A DNA stretch of 64,000 nucleotides. Source: an uncultured Chloroflexia bacterium. Its GTDB lineage: Bacteria > Chloroflexota > Dehalococcoidia > UBA2979. The notes below the pieces were generated by a model. That model had not been told where the DNA came from. It did not search any database and worked only from the letters and a program-made list of their open reading frames with translations. The stretch covers positions 928,001 through 992,000 of the forward strand of contig CAVSIV010000001.1 of assembly GCA_963728205.1 (NCBI GenBank), in the 5' to 3' direction. A program made the position numbers and the translations under genes. This document shows positions 1-10,498 of this stretch, piece by piece. Within the stretch, counting starts at the first letter, position 1; the number at the start of each line of letters is the position of its first letter.

Positions 1-1
1 C

Positions 2-382
2 GTCGACCACGTGCGGCGCGGCCAGGCGATGACCGAGGGCGACGCGGTCGCGTTCCTGGGCCGCTTCCTGTTCGACTGGGACACCGCGCGCAAGCCGATC
101 CGCACGCTGAGCGGCGGCGAGAAGAGCCGCGTGCAGCTGGCATTGCTGATGCAGGCGCAGCCGAACCTGCTGATGCTCGACGAGCCGACGAACAACCTCG
201 ACGTGGCGTCGTGCGAGGTGCTCGAGGACGCGCTGGAGGACTACCCCGGCACGGTGCTTGCGATCTCGCACGACCGGTACTTCCTGGAGCGGACCGCCGC
301 GCGCGTGGTGGAGCTGGAGGCGGGGCGGCTGGTGGAGTACGGCGGCGGCTACCCCGAGTACCGGGGGCTGCACGCGGACTGA
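2..382 (+). CDS. ABC-F family ATPase, C-terminal part (5' end outside window)
   Basis: LSGGEKSR signature, LMLDEPTNNLD Walker B, ISHDRYFL H-loop. Confidence 0.9.
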   Translation, partial: VDHVRRGQAMTEGDAVAFLGRFLFDWDTARKPIRTLSGGEKSRVQLALLMQAQPNLLMLDEPTNNLDVASCEVLEDALEDYPGTVLAISHDRYFLERTAARVVELEAGRLVEYGGGYPEYRGLHAD

Positions 383-462
383 CGTCGCACCGGTCCGCGC
401 CGATCCGCGACGAACGGCCCCGCGTCAGCGGGCTGAACAGCTCGCGCGCGCGAGTGAATCGG

Positions 463-482
463 TTCGACCGGCGCCGCTCGAA
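463..482. repeat. Family A palindrome, collapsed form with no spacer
   Basis: TTCGACCGGCGCCGCTCGAA: both family A ends joined directly. Confidence 0.6.
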
Positions 483-501
483 CGCGACCACTGGAGCCGC
501 G

Positions 502-1266
502 CTATCTCAGGATCAGCACCGCCGACACCAGCACCGAGTACGCGACGATCGCGATGCGCAGCACGCCCGGGCTGAAGTTGCGCGCCACGCGCACGCCGAG
601 ATAGCCGCCGAGCAGCGCCGCGACGGCCATCACGATGGCGGCCGGCCACTGCACGGGGCCGAACACGGCGAACCACGCGACGGCGATGGCGTTGATCACC
701 GCGGACATCACCCCCTTCAGCGCGTTCGAGTTGTGGAGCTGGTCGGGCAGCAGCACGCCGAGTACCGCCAGCGTGATCGTCCCGAGCCCGGCGCCGAAGT
801 ACGCGCCGTACACCGCGAGCACGAAGACCGCTACGTAGAGCTCGGCGGTCACGCGGCCGCTTTCGTGGCGCGCGACGCCGCGCAGCCGGGCGGCGATGAG
901 CGAGATGCGCGGCTGGAACGCGAGCACGGCCGCGCCGAACAGGATCAGGTAGGGGACGAGTGCCTTGAACGCCGACTCGGGCGTGCTGAGCAGGATGATC
1001 GAGCCGGCGATCGCCCCGAGGATGCTCGGCACCGCGAGCCGGGCGATCGTCCCGCGTTGCGGCGCGAGCTGGGCGCGGTAGCCGATCGACCCGCCGACGT
1101 ACCCCGGCCAGAGCGCGGTCGTGTTCGTGACGTTCGCGGCCTTGGCCGGGTAGCCGGCGGCCAGCAGCGCGGGGAACGAGATGAGCGACCCGCCGCCGGC
1201 GACGCCGTTGATGCCGCCGGCGATGAACGCCGCGGCCGCAAGGAACACCGCCTGCCCGAGGTGCAC
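502..1266 (-). CDS. TauE/SafE (TSUP) family transporter
   Basis: AGGINGVAGGGSLI and YGAYFGAGLG motifs; multiple TM segments. Confidence 0.9.
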   Translation of the reverse strand: MHLGQAVFLAAAAFIAGGINGVAGGGSLISFPALLAAGYPAKAANVTNTTALWPGYVGGSIGYRAQLAPQRGTIARLAVPSILGAIAGSIILLSTPESAFKALVPYLILFGAAVLAFQPRISLIAARLRGVARHESGRVTAELYVAVFVLAVYGAYFGAGLGTITLAVLGVLLPDQLHNSNALKGVMSAVINAIAVAWFAVFGPVQWPAAIVMAVAALLGGYLGVRVARNFSPGVLRIAIVAYSVLVSAVLILR

Positions 1267-1309
1267 CGCGCCTCCCGCCTCCCGGGACTGCTTCGCATCC
1301 GACGACTGC

Positions 1310-1381
1310 TTCGAGCGGCGCCCCAGGGCGCCGGTCGTCCCGGCCGCGAACGACCGGCACGCTGACCGCGCGCCGCTCGAA
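1310..1381. repeat. Family A palindromic element
   Basis: TTCGAGCGGCGC...GCGCCGCTCGAA ends with internal hairpin GCCGGTCGT/ACGACCGGC. Confidence 0.85.
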
Positions 1382-1537
1382 CCGCCTGGTTGGCCGGCGC
1401 CGAGTCACCGCGGTCGGGGGAGTGTCGGTGAGGGGCCGCAGCCTGGCAAGCGAGCAGGTGCGAGGCGGGGACGGGGTACCCTCGTAGCGGCCCTGGAATC
1501 GGCCACCGGGGTCGAGAGCGGGCGGGGAGGGGTGCCG

Positions 1538-1975
1538 ATGTTCTTCCTGCCCGGGCGCGGGAGCCCGGCCGAGCGGCTCCTGGCGTTCGTGATCTGGTGG
1601 GCGATCCTCGCCGCGTCCGTGTGGGCCGCGGCCTACCTCGTCGCCGGCATCCACCTCGACGGCTGGGAGAGCACGGCGATCGTCGCGCTCATCGTCGGCC
1701 TGCTGAACGTGCTGATCCGGCCCGTGCTGTTCACCCTGACGTTCCCCGCGACGATCGTCACGCTCGGCGCGTGGCGCATCGTCGCCGGCGCGCTGATCAA
1801 CGCCGTGCTGCTGTGGGTCGCCGACCGGGTTGCGCAGCAGTACCCGCAGCTGCACTACCACCTCGACCGCTTCCTCTGGGACGCGATCCTCGGGGGCATC
1901 ATCATCAGCGTCGTCGGGTGGGTGCTCGGGATGTTCTTCAGCCCACGGCGGATGGCGCGCCGGATGATGGGCTAG
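1538..1975 (+). CDS. 4-TM phage-holin-like membrane protein (YvlD/DUF360)
   Basis: GLLNVLIRPVL..LTFP..IVTLG..INAVLL pattern; GGGGAGG RBS before ATG 1538. Confidence 0.8.
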   Translation: MFFLPGRGSPAERLLAFVIWWAILAASVWAAAYLVAGIHLDGWESTAIVALIVGLLNVLIRPVLFTLTFPATIVTLGAWRIVAGALINAVLLWVADRVAQQYPQLHYHLDRFLWDAILGGIIISVVGWVLGMFFSPRRMARRMMG

Positions 1976-2166
1976 CCCGGGGCACTTCAGGTCGGAGCGA
2001 TGAACGGCACTGATGCGACTGCCGCCCGGGGTGCGAGGCGAAGGCACGCCCGAGGGCCACGCTCCTCCACGCATTCATCGCAGAGGTTCGTGAGCGCCAC
2101 GTGCCAGCCGCTTCAGTGGAGTCGGAGCTCGGCCGAGAACTCCAGTCCGCGAGCGCGGCCGCCGGA

Positions 2167-3163
2167 CTACGACGAGAGTTCAGCCCGGCGCGACCACCAG
2201 GCCTCGGCGGCGGTCATTGCGCTCTCGGCCTCGTGGATGCCATCGCCCACGAGCCCCGCGGTGGCAGCCCAGTGCAAGGGGACAAGAGCGAGAGCCCCGG
2301 GGAGCCAGCGGTGCTCGTCGCGAGTCAGCGGTTCCGGAGCCGTGCCTTCGTAGGCGGCGAGCAGTCGTCGCGGCTCGAGCAACTCAACCGGCTGGCCCAC
2401 GCCATCGGGGCCGCTCTGTGCGACGTGGTTCAGGCTGGCCGCGATGTCGTACAGCCGCTCCCTGACCCTCGCAAAATCCAGGTCGAAGGTGGCCCATGAG
2501 CCGTCTGACAGTTCTCCCGCGTTGCCCAATTTGTAGTCCCCATGAATCGGAGTGCATGGCAGTTCGACCTCCTTCCGGAGCTCGGAGAGCTCGCCGGTCA
2601 GTTGGCGCATCCGACGCACGACCGGCTCGCTGCGGGGTCCGAGCCTGCGGCGTGTGAAGCCGACCGAGTAACGCAGTTGGCCGAAGGTTCTGTGGTCGTC
2701 GAGGGGTTCGGGCGGACTGGGCTCCCAGACTGCTTCGAGCGCAGTGTGAAGGCGTCCGAGCTCCTCGAACAGGCGGACGTAGGAGTCCTCGTCCGCCCGT
2801 GGCTGGACGTGATCGATGAACTCCTCAATCTCAGCCCAACGATCAGCGACCCTCAGGAGGTCGCGGCCGGAAATCCGAATCGGCCGAGCGACGCGGACGT
2901 GCGTCCGCTGGAGCCGCTCCCGCAGGCGCCGCAGTCCCGCTACCCGGCCGCGGCGGACCCAGGGCCTGATGAACCCGGAGGACAACCGGCGGCTCAGCGT
3001 CTATCCGCACGTTGAGGTTGAACGCACCGCCAATGTCTGCCCATCCGGCCCCTCGCGCGACGCGGGCGATCAGGGCCGAGACGGCCGGGTCGTCTGGGCT
3101 GGCTCTAGGTCCGAACCAGCGCGGCAAGGGCGGGGGAGAGGTCGAAGCTTCGATTCCGGTCAT
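2167..3163 (-). pseudogene. APH/homoserine kinase type II-like phosphotransferase, frameshifted near 2965
   Basis: GGAFNLN..VVLRVHQ continues as PWVRRGR after one extra base; IHGDYKLGN and FDLDFA motifs intact. Confidence 0.75.
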
Positions 3164-3608
3164 GGCAACGGCCCCCGGGCGCACCCGAGGAAGGGTCCGC
3201 CGGCGAGCATGGCGCAATCTTGCCGCGGGACGCTATGACCGCCGGCACCCCGCCAGCCCTTTCAGCTCGCCTGATCACCATCGTGGAGAAGCTGGTCGGT
3301 CGAGCCACCGGGCACTCGCTGATCATACCGGCTCCCTCTCCCGTGCCAGCAGTCGCACCGTCCGGTGTCGCTCCGCGGCGCCACCGATTCGGAGATCTGC
3401 GCTCGTTACCTGTACCGGGCCGCTCAAGAAGAGCCACCCAGCGCGGTCATTGCCGCCACCGGCCGCTAGCCACCAGCGGGCAGTTCTTGCCCGCGTGAAC
3501 AGGCACCTCGCTCGTTGCGATGACCACGTTGCCGCAGACAGCCGCGGAGTGTCAGCACGACCACGGCATGTGCGCCGGCAGTCTCCCGGCGGGCGCACCG
3601 CGCTCTCC

Positions 3609-3637
3609 TTGACCCTCCCGGCCCCCGTCGGTAACGT
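3609..3637 (+). promoter_or_regulatory. sigma70-type promoter of rplY
   Basis: TTGACC-17 bp-TAACGT, 50 bp upstream of the ATG. Confidence 0.65.
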
Positions 3638-3687
3638 CGATCGGCCCGACAAACCTGAATTCGCACCCAGCCAGGGAGCATCCTGCG

Positions 3688-4362
3688 ATGCCCGATACCT
3701 ACTCCGTGGAACCGCGCACCGTCATCGGCAAGAGCGTGAAGAAGCTCCGCCGCGGCGGGACCATCCCGGCCAACATCTACGGCCGCGGTCTCGAGTCGCG
3801 CGCCGTGCAGCTCCCGTACGCGGACGCGCGCTCCCTGCTGCACGCGCACGGGCGCAACGTGCTCATCAACGTGAAGGTCAGCGACGAGGAGCGGGCGCGC
3901 CCGGTCGTCGTGCGCGACGTCGAGACCGAGCCGGTTTCCGGCGCGCTCCAGCACATCGACTTCTACCAGGTCGACCTCGCGCGCCCGATCCAGGGCAACG
4001 TCCCGGTCGTGCTCATCGGCGAGTCGTCGGCGGTCACGGTGCACGGAGGCGTGCTCGTGCACGGCAACGACACCGTCGAGGTCGAGGCGCTGCCGACCGA
4101 CATGCCCGAGCACATCGAGGTCGCCGTCGACGGCCTGACCGAGCTCGACCAGCAGCTTACGGTCGCCAATCTCACCGCGCCGTCGGGCGTCACGATCCTC
4201 ACCGACCCCGAGGTGGTGCTCGCGCATGTCGCGCGGCCGCGCCTCGCGGAAGGCGAGGAGGTGCCCGAGGGCGAGGAGGCCGTTGCGGCGGCCGAGGGCG
4301 AGGGCGCGGAGGGCGCTGCCGAGGGCGAGGCCGAGTCGGCCGAGGGATCCGCGGAGGGCTAG
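3688..4362 (+). CDS. rplY: 50S ribosomal protein L25/Ctc
   Basis: LRRGGTIPANIYG, HIDFYQV, acidic C-terminal tail. Confidence 0.95.
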   Translation: MPDTYSVEPRTVIGKSVKKLRRGGTIPANIYGRGLESRAVQLPYADARSLLHAHGRNVLINVKVSDEERARPVVVRDVETEPVSGALQHIDFYQVDLARPIQGNVPVVLIGESSAVTVHGGVLVHGNDTVEVEALPTDMPEHIEVAVDGLTELDQQLTVANLTAPSGVTILTDPEVVLAHVARPRLAEGEEVPEGEEAVAAAEGEGAEGAAEGEAESAEGSAEG

Positions 4363-5462
4363 CGCCCCGCGCGCGGCTCGATCACGGCGAGCGGCTGCGG
4401 CCGCCCGCCGGCGCCCATCACGTCGGTTCGCAGCTGCCCGCACGCCGCGGCGATCTCCACGCCGCGCTCGATGCGTACCGTCGCGTTCACGCCCACCGCC
4501 TGCAGCTCGCGCTGGAACGCGCGCACGCGCCCGAGCGACGGGCGTCGCAGCCCCGCGCCGGCCGTCGGGTTGTACGGAATCAGGTTCACGTGCGCCTGGA
4601 TGCCGCGCAGGCGCGTCGCCAGGCGGCGCGCCTGCTCCGGCGCGTCGTTGACGCCCTCGAGCAGCGCGTACGCGAACGTGACGCGACGGCCCCGCTTCGC
4701 GATATAGCCGCGCGCGGCCTCTACCAGCTCGTCGACCGTCACACCGCCCGCGGTGGGGATGAGGCGGCGGCGGAGGTCGTCGTCGGGCGCGTGCAGCGAG
4801 ATCGTGAGGCCGATCTGCAGGCCCTCGTCGCCGAGGCGCTCGATGCCGCGCAGCAGGCCGACGGTCGAGACGGTGATGCCGCGCTGCCGCATGTCGAGGC
4901 CGTCGGGGTCCACCATCCAGCGGATGGCGCGCATCATCCCCGCGTAGTTCGCCAGCGGCTCGCCCATCCCCATGAAGACGACGTTCGTCACGCGGCGCTC
5001 GCGCGAGAACTGGAGCACCTGCTCGAGGATCTCGGACGGCGCGAGGTTGCGCGTGAAGCCCTGCTGGCCGGTCGCGCAGAAGACGCAGCCCATCGCGCAG
5101 CCGACCTGCGTCGAGACGCACACCGTGGTGCGCTCGCTCGCGCCGTCGTCGTCGGGGTCGTAGTCCATGCGCACGGTCTCGACGGCGTCGCCGCCGCCGA
5201 GGTCGAGCAGCACCTTCGTCGTCGCGCCGTCGTCGGCGCTCCGCTCCGCGAGCACCGGCAGGGGGCCGATGCGGAGCGCGGCGGCGAGCCGCTCGCGCAG
5301 GCCCGCCGGCACGTCCGTCATCGCGTCGAACGAGGTGACGCCGTGCCGCAGCGCCCAGCGCGCGACCTGCTTCGCGCGGAAGCGCGGCTCGCCCCACTCG
5401 GCGAACAGGGCTTCCAACTCGTCGAGCGAGCGGTCGAGGAGGTGCGGCGTGGCGGCGGGCAT
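4359..5462 (-). CDS. rlmN: 23S rRNA (adenine2503-C2) methyltransferase, radical SAM
   Basis: CVSTQVGCAMGCVFCATG, FMGMGEP, AACGQL. Confidence 0.93.
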   Translation of the reverse strand: MPAATPHLLDRSLDELEALFAEWGEPRFRAKQVARWALRHGVTSFDAMTDVPAGLRERLAAALRIGPLPVLAERSADDGATTKVLLDLGGGDAVETVRMDYDPDDDGASERTTVCVSTQVGCAMGCVFCATGQQGFTRNLAPSEILEQVLQFSRERRVTNVVFMGMGEPLANYAGMMRAIRWMVDPDGLDMRQRGITVSTVGLLRGIERLGDEGLQIGLTISLHAPDDDLRRRLIPTAGGVTVDELVEAARGYIAKRGRRVTFAYALLEGVNDAPEQARRLATRLRGIQAHVNLIPYNPTAGAGLRRPSLGRVRAFQRELQAVGVNATVRIERGVEIAAACGQLRTDVMGAGGRPQPLAVIEPRAGR

Positions 5463-5488
5463 GCGATCAGTCTAGGGGAGGAAGCCTG

Positions 5489-5561
5489 TTCGAGCGGCAC
5501 CCTGCCGGGTGCCGATCGTCCTCGGGGAACCGGATCGGCACCCGGCTGGGTGCCGATCGAA
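5489..5561. repeat. Family A palindromic element
   Basis: TTCGAGCGGCACCC...GGGTGCCGATCGAA with long internal stem. Confidence 0.8.
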
Positions 5562-5592
5562 GGGGGGACCGACGCGGGACCGAAGCGGGCTC

Positions 5593-6288
5593 CTAGCGCC
5601 GCACGCAGGTGTACGCGGCGTACGTCTGGCGGCGGTACTCCACGTCGATCACGTCAAAGCCCGTCGCGTCGAGCATCGGTTCGAGCAGCCAGCGGTAGGT
5701 GCTGTGCTCGGTGCGGATGTGCTCGGCGAGGTCGCCCGCGGTGTAGCCGAGCGCGGGGTCGGTGGCGGCGCCGGCGAACCATCGAGCGAAGACGGCCTCG
5801 GTCTCCGCGGGCGCGCAGTCGTAGACGAGGTCGCGCAGCCGCAGCACGCCGCGGGGGCGCAGCATCGCCGCGATGCGCTCGAGCGCCTGCACCTTCCAGA
5901 AGTCGGGGAGCTGGTGCAGCGCGTTGCGCGTGAAGACGGCGTCGGCGGGCGGCCCGGCATGCGCATAGCTGAGGAAGCCCGCCTGCACGAGCTCGATGTT
6001 CGCCAGCCCCGCCTCCGCGACCTGCGCGCGCACCGCGGCGAGCATCGCGGGCGAGACGTCGACGGCCACGACGCGCCGGCAGTGCGGCGCAACCCCGAGC
6101 GCGAACCGCCCGGTGCCGGTGCCGAGATCGACGACGGTCGACGCTGCGTCGAGGCCGTGGGCGCGCAGCACCGCGACGTCGTCGATGGGATCGGGGCCCT
6201 GCTTGCGGTTGTAGTTCGCGACGAACGCCGGGTCGAGGTGCTCGGGTCCGGCGTGGGCGAGCTCGTCGAGCATCCAGTCGGTGTCCAT
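5593..6288 (-). CDS. Class I SAM-dependent methyltransferase
   Basis: VVDLGTGTG motif I, VAVDVS; start MDTDWMLDE. Confidence 0.9.
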   Translation of the reverse strand: MDTDWMLDELAHAGPEHLDPAFVANYNRKQGPDPIDDVAVLRAHGLDAASTVVDLGTGTGRFALGVAPHCRRVVAVDVSPAMLAAVRAQVAEAGLANIELVQAGFLSYAHAGPPADAVFTRNALHQLPDFWKVQALERIAAMLRPRGVLRLRDLVYDCAPAETEAVFARWFAGAATDPALGYTAGDLAEHIRTEHSTYRWLLEPMLDATGFDVIDVEYRRQTYAAYTCVRR

Positions 6289-6340
6289 GGGACAGACGGT
6301 AGCGGACCGCGAGGCCCGCTTCGAGCGGCGCCCGGTTCGG

Positions 6341-7318
6341 TTAGCCCAGGCGCGTGCCGATGAGGCCGGGGTCGCCGTTGAGGTATGCCTCAATCTCGGT
6401 CGGGCGCCGGCCGGCGCGCTGCACCGTGAGCAGCGCGAGCGCGCCGCGACCGCACGCCACGACGGCGCGCGCCTTCCGGCCCGGCAGCAGCGGCGAGAGC
6501 TCCCCGCCGTCGCCGGCGAGCACCGTGCCCGCCGCCGCGCCGCGGAGGCCCGGGACGTCGCCACCGAGCGGCCAGGCCGCGTGCACGGTGAAGACCTGGT
6601 CGCGATAGCGGGTCGTCGCCTGCGGCCAGGGCTGGAAGGCGCGCACGCGCCGCCAGATGTCGTCGGCGGGAAGCGACCAGTCGATGACCCCGTCCTCCTT
6701 GGCCAGACGCGGGACATACGTCGCCCTCGCCTCGTCCTGCGGGACCGCCTGGATCGCGCCGGCGACCCAGCGCGGCAGCAGCTCGCCGAGCAGCCCGGCG
6801 CCGAGCTCCGCGATGCGCGCGGTCAGCGTCTCGGTGGTGTCCAGCGGATCGATCGGCGTGCGCGCCTGGCCAATCACGGGGCCGGCGTCGACCTCCCGCA
6901 CGACGCGCATCAGCGTTGCGCCGCTCTCGGCGTCGCCCGCGAGGATGGCGCTTGCGACGGGTGCGGCGCCGCGGTGGCGCGGCAGCAAGGAGGCGTGGAC
7001 GTTCACGACGTCGTGAGGGAAGAGCTCGAGCAAGTGGCCCGGCAGGATGTGACCGGACGCCGCGACGACGCCGACGTCGGGCGAGAGCGCGCGCAGGTGC
7101 TCTGTCAGCGCGCGGCGGGCGCGCTCGGGCTGCAGCACCACGGGCACGCCGGCCTCGAGCGCGAGCGCCTTCACGGGCGTGACGGCGGGCTGGCCCGAGC
7201 GCCCGCGGGGGCGGTCGGGCTGTGTGACGACGGCGACGACCTCGGCGCCGGGCAGCGTGAGCAGCGTGCGCAGCGAGGGCACCGCGTACGCGGGCGAGCC
7301 GAAGAAGACGATGCGCAC
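6341..7318 (-). CDS. fmt: Methionyl-tRNA formyltransferase
   Basis: MRIVFFGSP, VVTQPDRP.GR, NVHASLLP.HRGAAP. Confidence 0.95.
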   Translation of the reverse strand: MRIVFFGSPAYAVPSLRTLLTLPGAEVVAVVTQPDRPRGRSGQPAVTPVKALALEAGVPVVLQPERARRALTEHLRALSPDVGVVAASGHILPGHLLELFPHDVVNVHASLLPRHRGAAPVASAILAGDAESGATLMRVVREVDAGPVIGQARTPIDPLDTTETLTARIAELGAGLLGELLPRWVAGAIQAVPQDEARATYVPRLAKEDGVIDWSLPADDIWRRVRAFQPWPQATTRYRDQVFTVHAAWPLGGDVPGLRGAAAGTVLAGDGGELSPLLPGRKARAVVACGRGALALLTVQRAGRRPTEIEAYLNGDPGLIGTRLG

Positions 7319-7353
7319 GGCTCGATGGTACCGGGTGCCCGTCGACGGCGCGC

Positions 7354-7382
7354 CTCAGCGCCTTGACCAGGCGCCGCTCGAA
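7354..7382. repeat. Family A half element
   Basis: CTCAGCGCCTTGACCAGGCGCCGCTCGAA, identical to the right end of the 24136-24220 copy; another half copy at about 6320. Confidence 0.8.
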
Positions 7383-7404
7383 CCATCCCGCCCGGCCCGC
7401 GCGG

Positions 7405-8604
7405 CTAGTGGAACGTGATCGCGGGCGGGTGCGGCGGGATGTCGCGGATGATGCGCAGCGCGGCGACGAGCCGCTCGACGTCGTCCTCGGTGTTGTAGAA
7501 GCCCGTGGAGACGCGCAGGCCCGGCGGCGCGTTCACCGAGCGGATGTGCACGGCGCGCTCCGCCAGCTCCTCGACGACCGCCTGCGGCTCCCACCCGGCG
7601 AACGTGAAGTGCGTCAGCCCGGACGGCGTGCCGACCGGGGTCGTCACCGCCACGCCGTCGAGGCTCGCCAGCCGCGTCCGCGCGAGGTCGGCCATGCGCG
7701 GCGTGCGCTCCAGCACCAGGTCGAGCCCGACCGCGTCGAGCAGCCAGCGCAGCGCCTCGCGCGTCGCGAAGACCGACGGCCCGTGCAGCGACACGGAGTC
7801 GTGGCGCCGCGCCGTCGTGCGCAGCGTGTAACCGCCGAACTCGTCCACCGCTTCGAACGCGGCGTGCGAGCCGTAGGCCGGCATCAGCCGGTCGCCCAGC
7901 GCGCTCGACACGTACATCGCGCCGACCCCGCCGGGCCCGCAGAGCCACTTCTGCCCCGGCCCGCTGTAGACGTCGACGTCCGTCGCCTTCACGTCGACGG
8001 GGACCGCGCCCGCCGACTGCGCGCCGTCGACAATCACGATCGCGCCGACCTCGTGCGCGGCGGCGGCGATCTCGGCGATCGGCAGGAGGGCGCCCGTCAT
8101 CCACGACACGTGCGAGCAGACGACGACCTTCGTGCGCTCGCCGAGCTCGGTGCGGATCGCGTCGACGACGTTCTCGGGCGCCCACGCCTCGGAGGCGGCG
8201 AAGCGGACGCGCACGCCGCGGCGCTCGGCCAGCACGTACGCCGACATCAGGCCGCCGAAGTGCTCCATGCGCGTCGTCACAATCTCGTCGCCCGCATCCC
8301 AGTCGAGCCCCCACAGCGCGGCGTTCACGCCGTCGGTCGTGCCGTGCGTGATCGCGACCTCGTCCGCGACGCAGCCGTAGACGCGTGCGAAGAGGGCGCG
8401 GAGGTCGTCCATCGCCGCCATCTGCTCGCGGAACGACGCGGACCCGACGCGGCCGGCGCGGTACTCGCGCTCCTGGCGCTCCGTCATCGCCTCGTGGGCG
8501 ACGCGCGGCAGCGGTCCATATGTGCCGGCGTTGAGGTACGCGCGCTCGGTGACGGCGGGCATCTCGGCCCGGATCGCGTCGATCGACGGTGTACGGCTGG
8601 CCAC
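7405..8604 (-). CDS. Class V PLP-dependent aminotransferase (cysteine desulfurase/C-S lyase-like)
   Basis: YLNAGTYGP, VDGAQSAG, GQKWLCGP. Confidence 0.9.
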   Translation of the reverse strand: MASRTPSIDAIRAEMPAVTERAYLNAGTYGPLPRVAHEAMTERQEREYRAGRVGSASFREQMAAMDDLRALFARVYGCVADEVAITHGTTDGVNAALWGLDWDAGDEIVTTRMEHFGGLMSAYVLAERRGVRVRFAASEAWAPENVVDAIRTELGERTKVVVCSHVSWMTGALLPIAEIAAAAHEVGAIVIVDGAQSAGAVPVDVKATDVDVYSGPGQKWLCGPGGVGAMYVSSALGDRLMPAYGSHAAFEAVDEFGGYTLRTTARRHDSVSLHGPSVFATREALRWLLDAVGLDLVLERTPRMADLARTRLASLDGVAVTTPVGTPSGLTHFTFAGWEPQAVVEELAERAVHIRSVNAPPGLRVSTGFYNTEDDVERLVAALRIIRDIPPHPPAITFH

Positions 8605-8665
8605 GGTCTCTCCCTCCGCGCGCGGGCGCTGCGGCCGGCGGGTCGTGCCGGCGTGGACCGCAAGG

Positions 8666-10270
8666 CTAGCGCAGCGACCAGCCCTGCACGTCGCGGAAGC
8701 GGCTGGCGGGGCTGAAGAGCAGGCCGTCGCTCAGGCCGCGCAGTGCCTTCGGATGCACGTAGAGGCGCGCGGGGTAGTAGAGGACGAGGCTCGCGGCGTC
8801 GCCGCGGAAGAGGTCGGCGAACTGGCGGTAGCGGTCGCGGCGCTCCGCGCCGTCGAGCGTGGTGCGCGCGGCCTCGAGCAGCGCGTCGGCGGCGGAGTCG
8901 TGGTACGCGGCGATGTTGTTGCCGGGCGCCGCGATCTGCGAGCTGTGCCAGCCCCCGTACGGATCGGGGTCGACCGCGGCCTCCCAGCCGAAGAGCGCGA
9001 GCTGGTAGTTGCGCGGGACGAGCCGTCGCGCGACGAGTTGTGCGGTGGGCGTCGGCACGACCGTGACCTGCACGCCCTGTGCCTCGAGCTCGGCAGCCGC
9101 CTCGGCTGCGACGGCCTCGCGCTCGGCGTCGGCGTTCGTCACGAGCTCCAGCCGCAAGGGCTCTCCGTCCTTGAGGAGCACTCCGCCGGAGTCACGCTGG
9201 TAGCCGGCGGCGGACCACAGCGCCTGCGGGTCGGGCGGGGGCTGCGCGGGGGCGGCCTCGTAGGCCCATGAGCCGGGGACGATCACGCCGTCACCGACGG
9301 TCCCCAGCGCGCCGCTCGCGGCGAGCAGCCGCGCGCGGTCGAGCGAGGCGACCACCGCGCGCCGGACACGCACGTCGTCCAGCGGCGGGATCTGGTTGTT
9401 GAAATACAGCACCGTGTAGGCGCTGCGCTGCAGCGGGGTGCCGGTGAGGCCCGGGCGCGACTGCAGCATCGCCCGCACGGCGTCGTCCTCCGTGTTGCCG
9501 AGCAGCCCGGCGCTGGCCTCGCCGGACCCGAGCGCGCGCAACTGCGCGGCCTGGTCCGGGTAGAAGCGCAGCTCGATCTCGCGGATCGCCGGCGTGCCGA
9601 GGACGTAGCTCGTATTGCGCTGGAGGACCGCACGTGCGCCGTCGATGGAGATCAGGCGATACGGACCGGTGCCCACCGGCGCGCGGTTGAAGGCGGCCTG
9701 GGGAAGGTTTGCCGGCGCGACGGCGCCCAGCAGGTGCTGCGGCAGGATGCCAATCGTGCAGCGCGTGAGGAAGTCGGCGGCCGGTTGCGGGAGGTGGAAG
9801 AGGACCGTGCGGTCGTCGTCGACGAAGACGTCCACGCCCTGCCAGGGCGCCGCGAGCGCGGCAGGGCCGGTGAAGCCCGGCGACTGGAGCAGCCCGATCG
9901 TGAACGCGACGTCCTGCGCTGTGACGCGTTCGCCGTCGTGCCAGGTGAGGCCGGGACGCAGCACGAAGGTGTAGGTCAGGCCGTCCGGCGTGACCTCCCA
10001 GCTCTGCGCGAGGTCGGGTCGCGGCGTGCCGTCGCCGTCGATGCGCATGAGCCCGTCGAAGACGAGCGACGCGACGTCGCGCGTGGCGTCGTCCGAGGCG
10101 AGCAGCGGATTCACCGCCCCGGGGTGTCCGACCACCGCCTCGACATAACGCGACGACGACGCGTTCGCGCCGACGTTCAGCCAGAGCCAGCCGCCGGCCA
10201 GCGTGGCGAGGCCGATCACGAGAAGGACGGGGTAGAGCGGGCGAGCCGGTGAGGGCCGGCGAGGAGGCAT
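8666..10270 (-). CDS. Peptide/nickel ABC transporter substrate-binding protein (family 5)
   Basis: LVFDGL..PDLAQSW..DGLTYTF.LR..WHDG; PVGTGPY. Confidence 0.9.
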   Translation of the reverse strand: MPPRRPSPARPLYPVLLVIGLATLAGGWLWLNVGANASSSRYVEAVVGHPGAVNPLLASDDATRDVASLVFDGLMRIDGDGTPRPDLAQSWEVTPDGLTYTFVLRPGLTWHDGERVTAQDVAFTIGLLQSPGFTGPAALAAPWQGVDVFVDDDRTVLFHLPQPAADFLTRCTIGILPQHLLGAVAPANLPQAAFNRAPVGTGPYRLISIDGARAVLQRNTSYVLGTPAIREIELRFYPDQAAQLRALGSGEASAGLLGNTEDDAVRAMLQSRPGLTGTPLQRSAYTVLYFNNQIPPLDDVRVRRAVVASLDRARLLAASGALGTVGDGVIVPGSWAYEAAPAQPPPDPQALWSAAGYQRDSGGVLLKDGEPLRLELVTNADAEREAVAAEAAAELEAQGVQVTVVPTPTAQLVARRLVPRNYQLALFGWEAAVDPDPYGGWHSSQIAAPGNNIAAYHDSAADALLEAARTTLDGAERRDRYRQFADLFRGDAASLVLYYPARLYVHPKALRGLSDGLLFSPASRFRDVQGWSLR

Positions 10271-10276
10271 CGCCGC

Positions 10277-10498
10277 CTACGCTTTGACGCTCCAGGCGGA
10301 GATCAACAGGAAGACGATGACGACGAAGATCGTCAGGCGGTGCAGCGAGCGCTGGATGCCGCGCCGGGTACGGAACGTGTAATCCTGGCCGCCGAGGGCC
10401 GCGCCGAACCCGGTGCCGCGCACCTGCATCAGCACGAGGGCGATCAGCAGCGCCGAGATCAGGATCTGCGCGAGGGACAGGAAGTCGCGAAGGTTCAT
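10277..10498 (-). CDS. secG: Preprotein translocase subunit SecG
   Basis: 2 TM, LVLMQVRGTGFGAALGG..FRTRRG. Confidence 0.88.
   Translation of the reverse strand: MNLRDFLSLAQILISALLIALVLMQVRGTGFGAALGGQDYTFRTRRGIQRSLHRLTIFVVIVFLLISAWSVKA

Noticed and set aside
1538-1975. Prophage suggested by a holin-like gene
   Set aside because: YvlD/DUF360 proteins are common chromosomal genes, and there are no phage genes in the window
4359-5462. cfr resistance methyltransferase
   Set aside because: Housekeeping context and RlmN-like sequence; nothing visible favours Cfr
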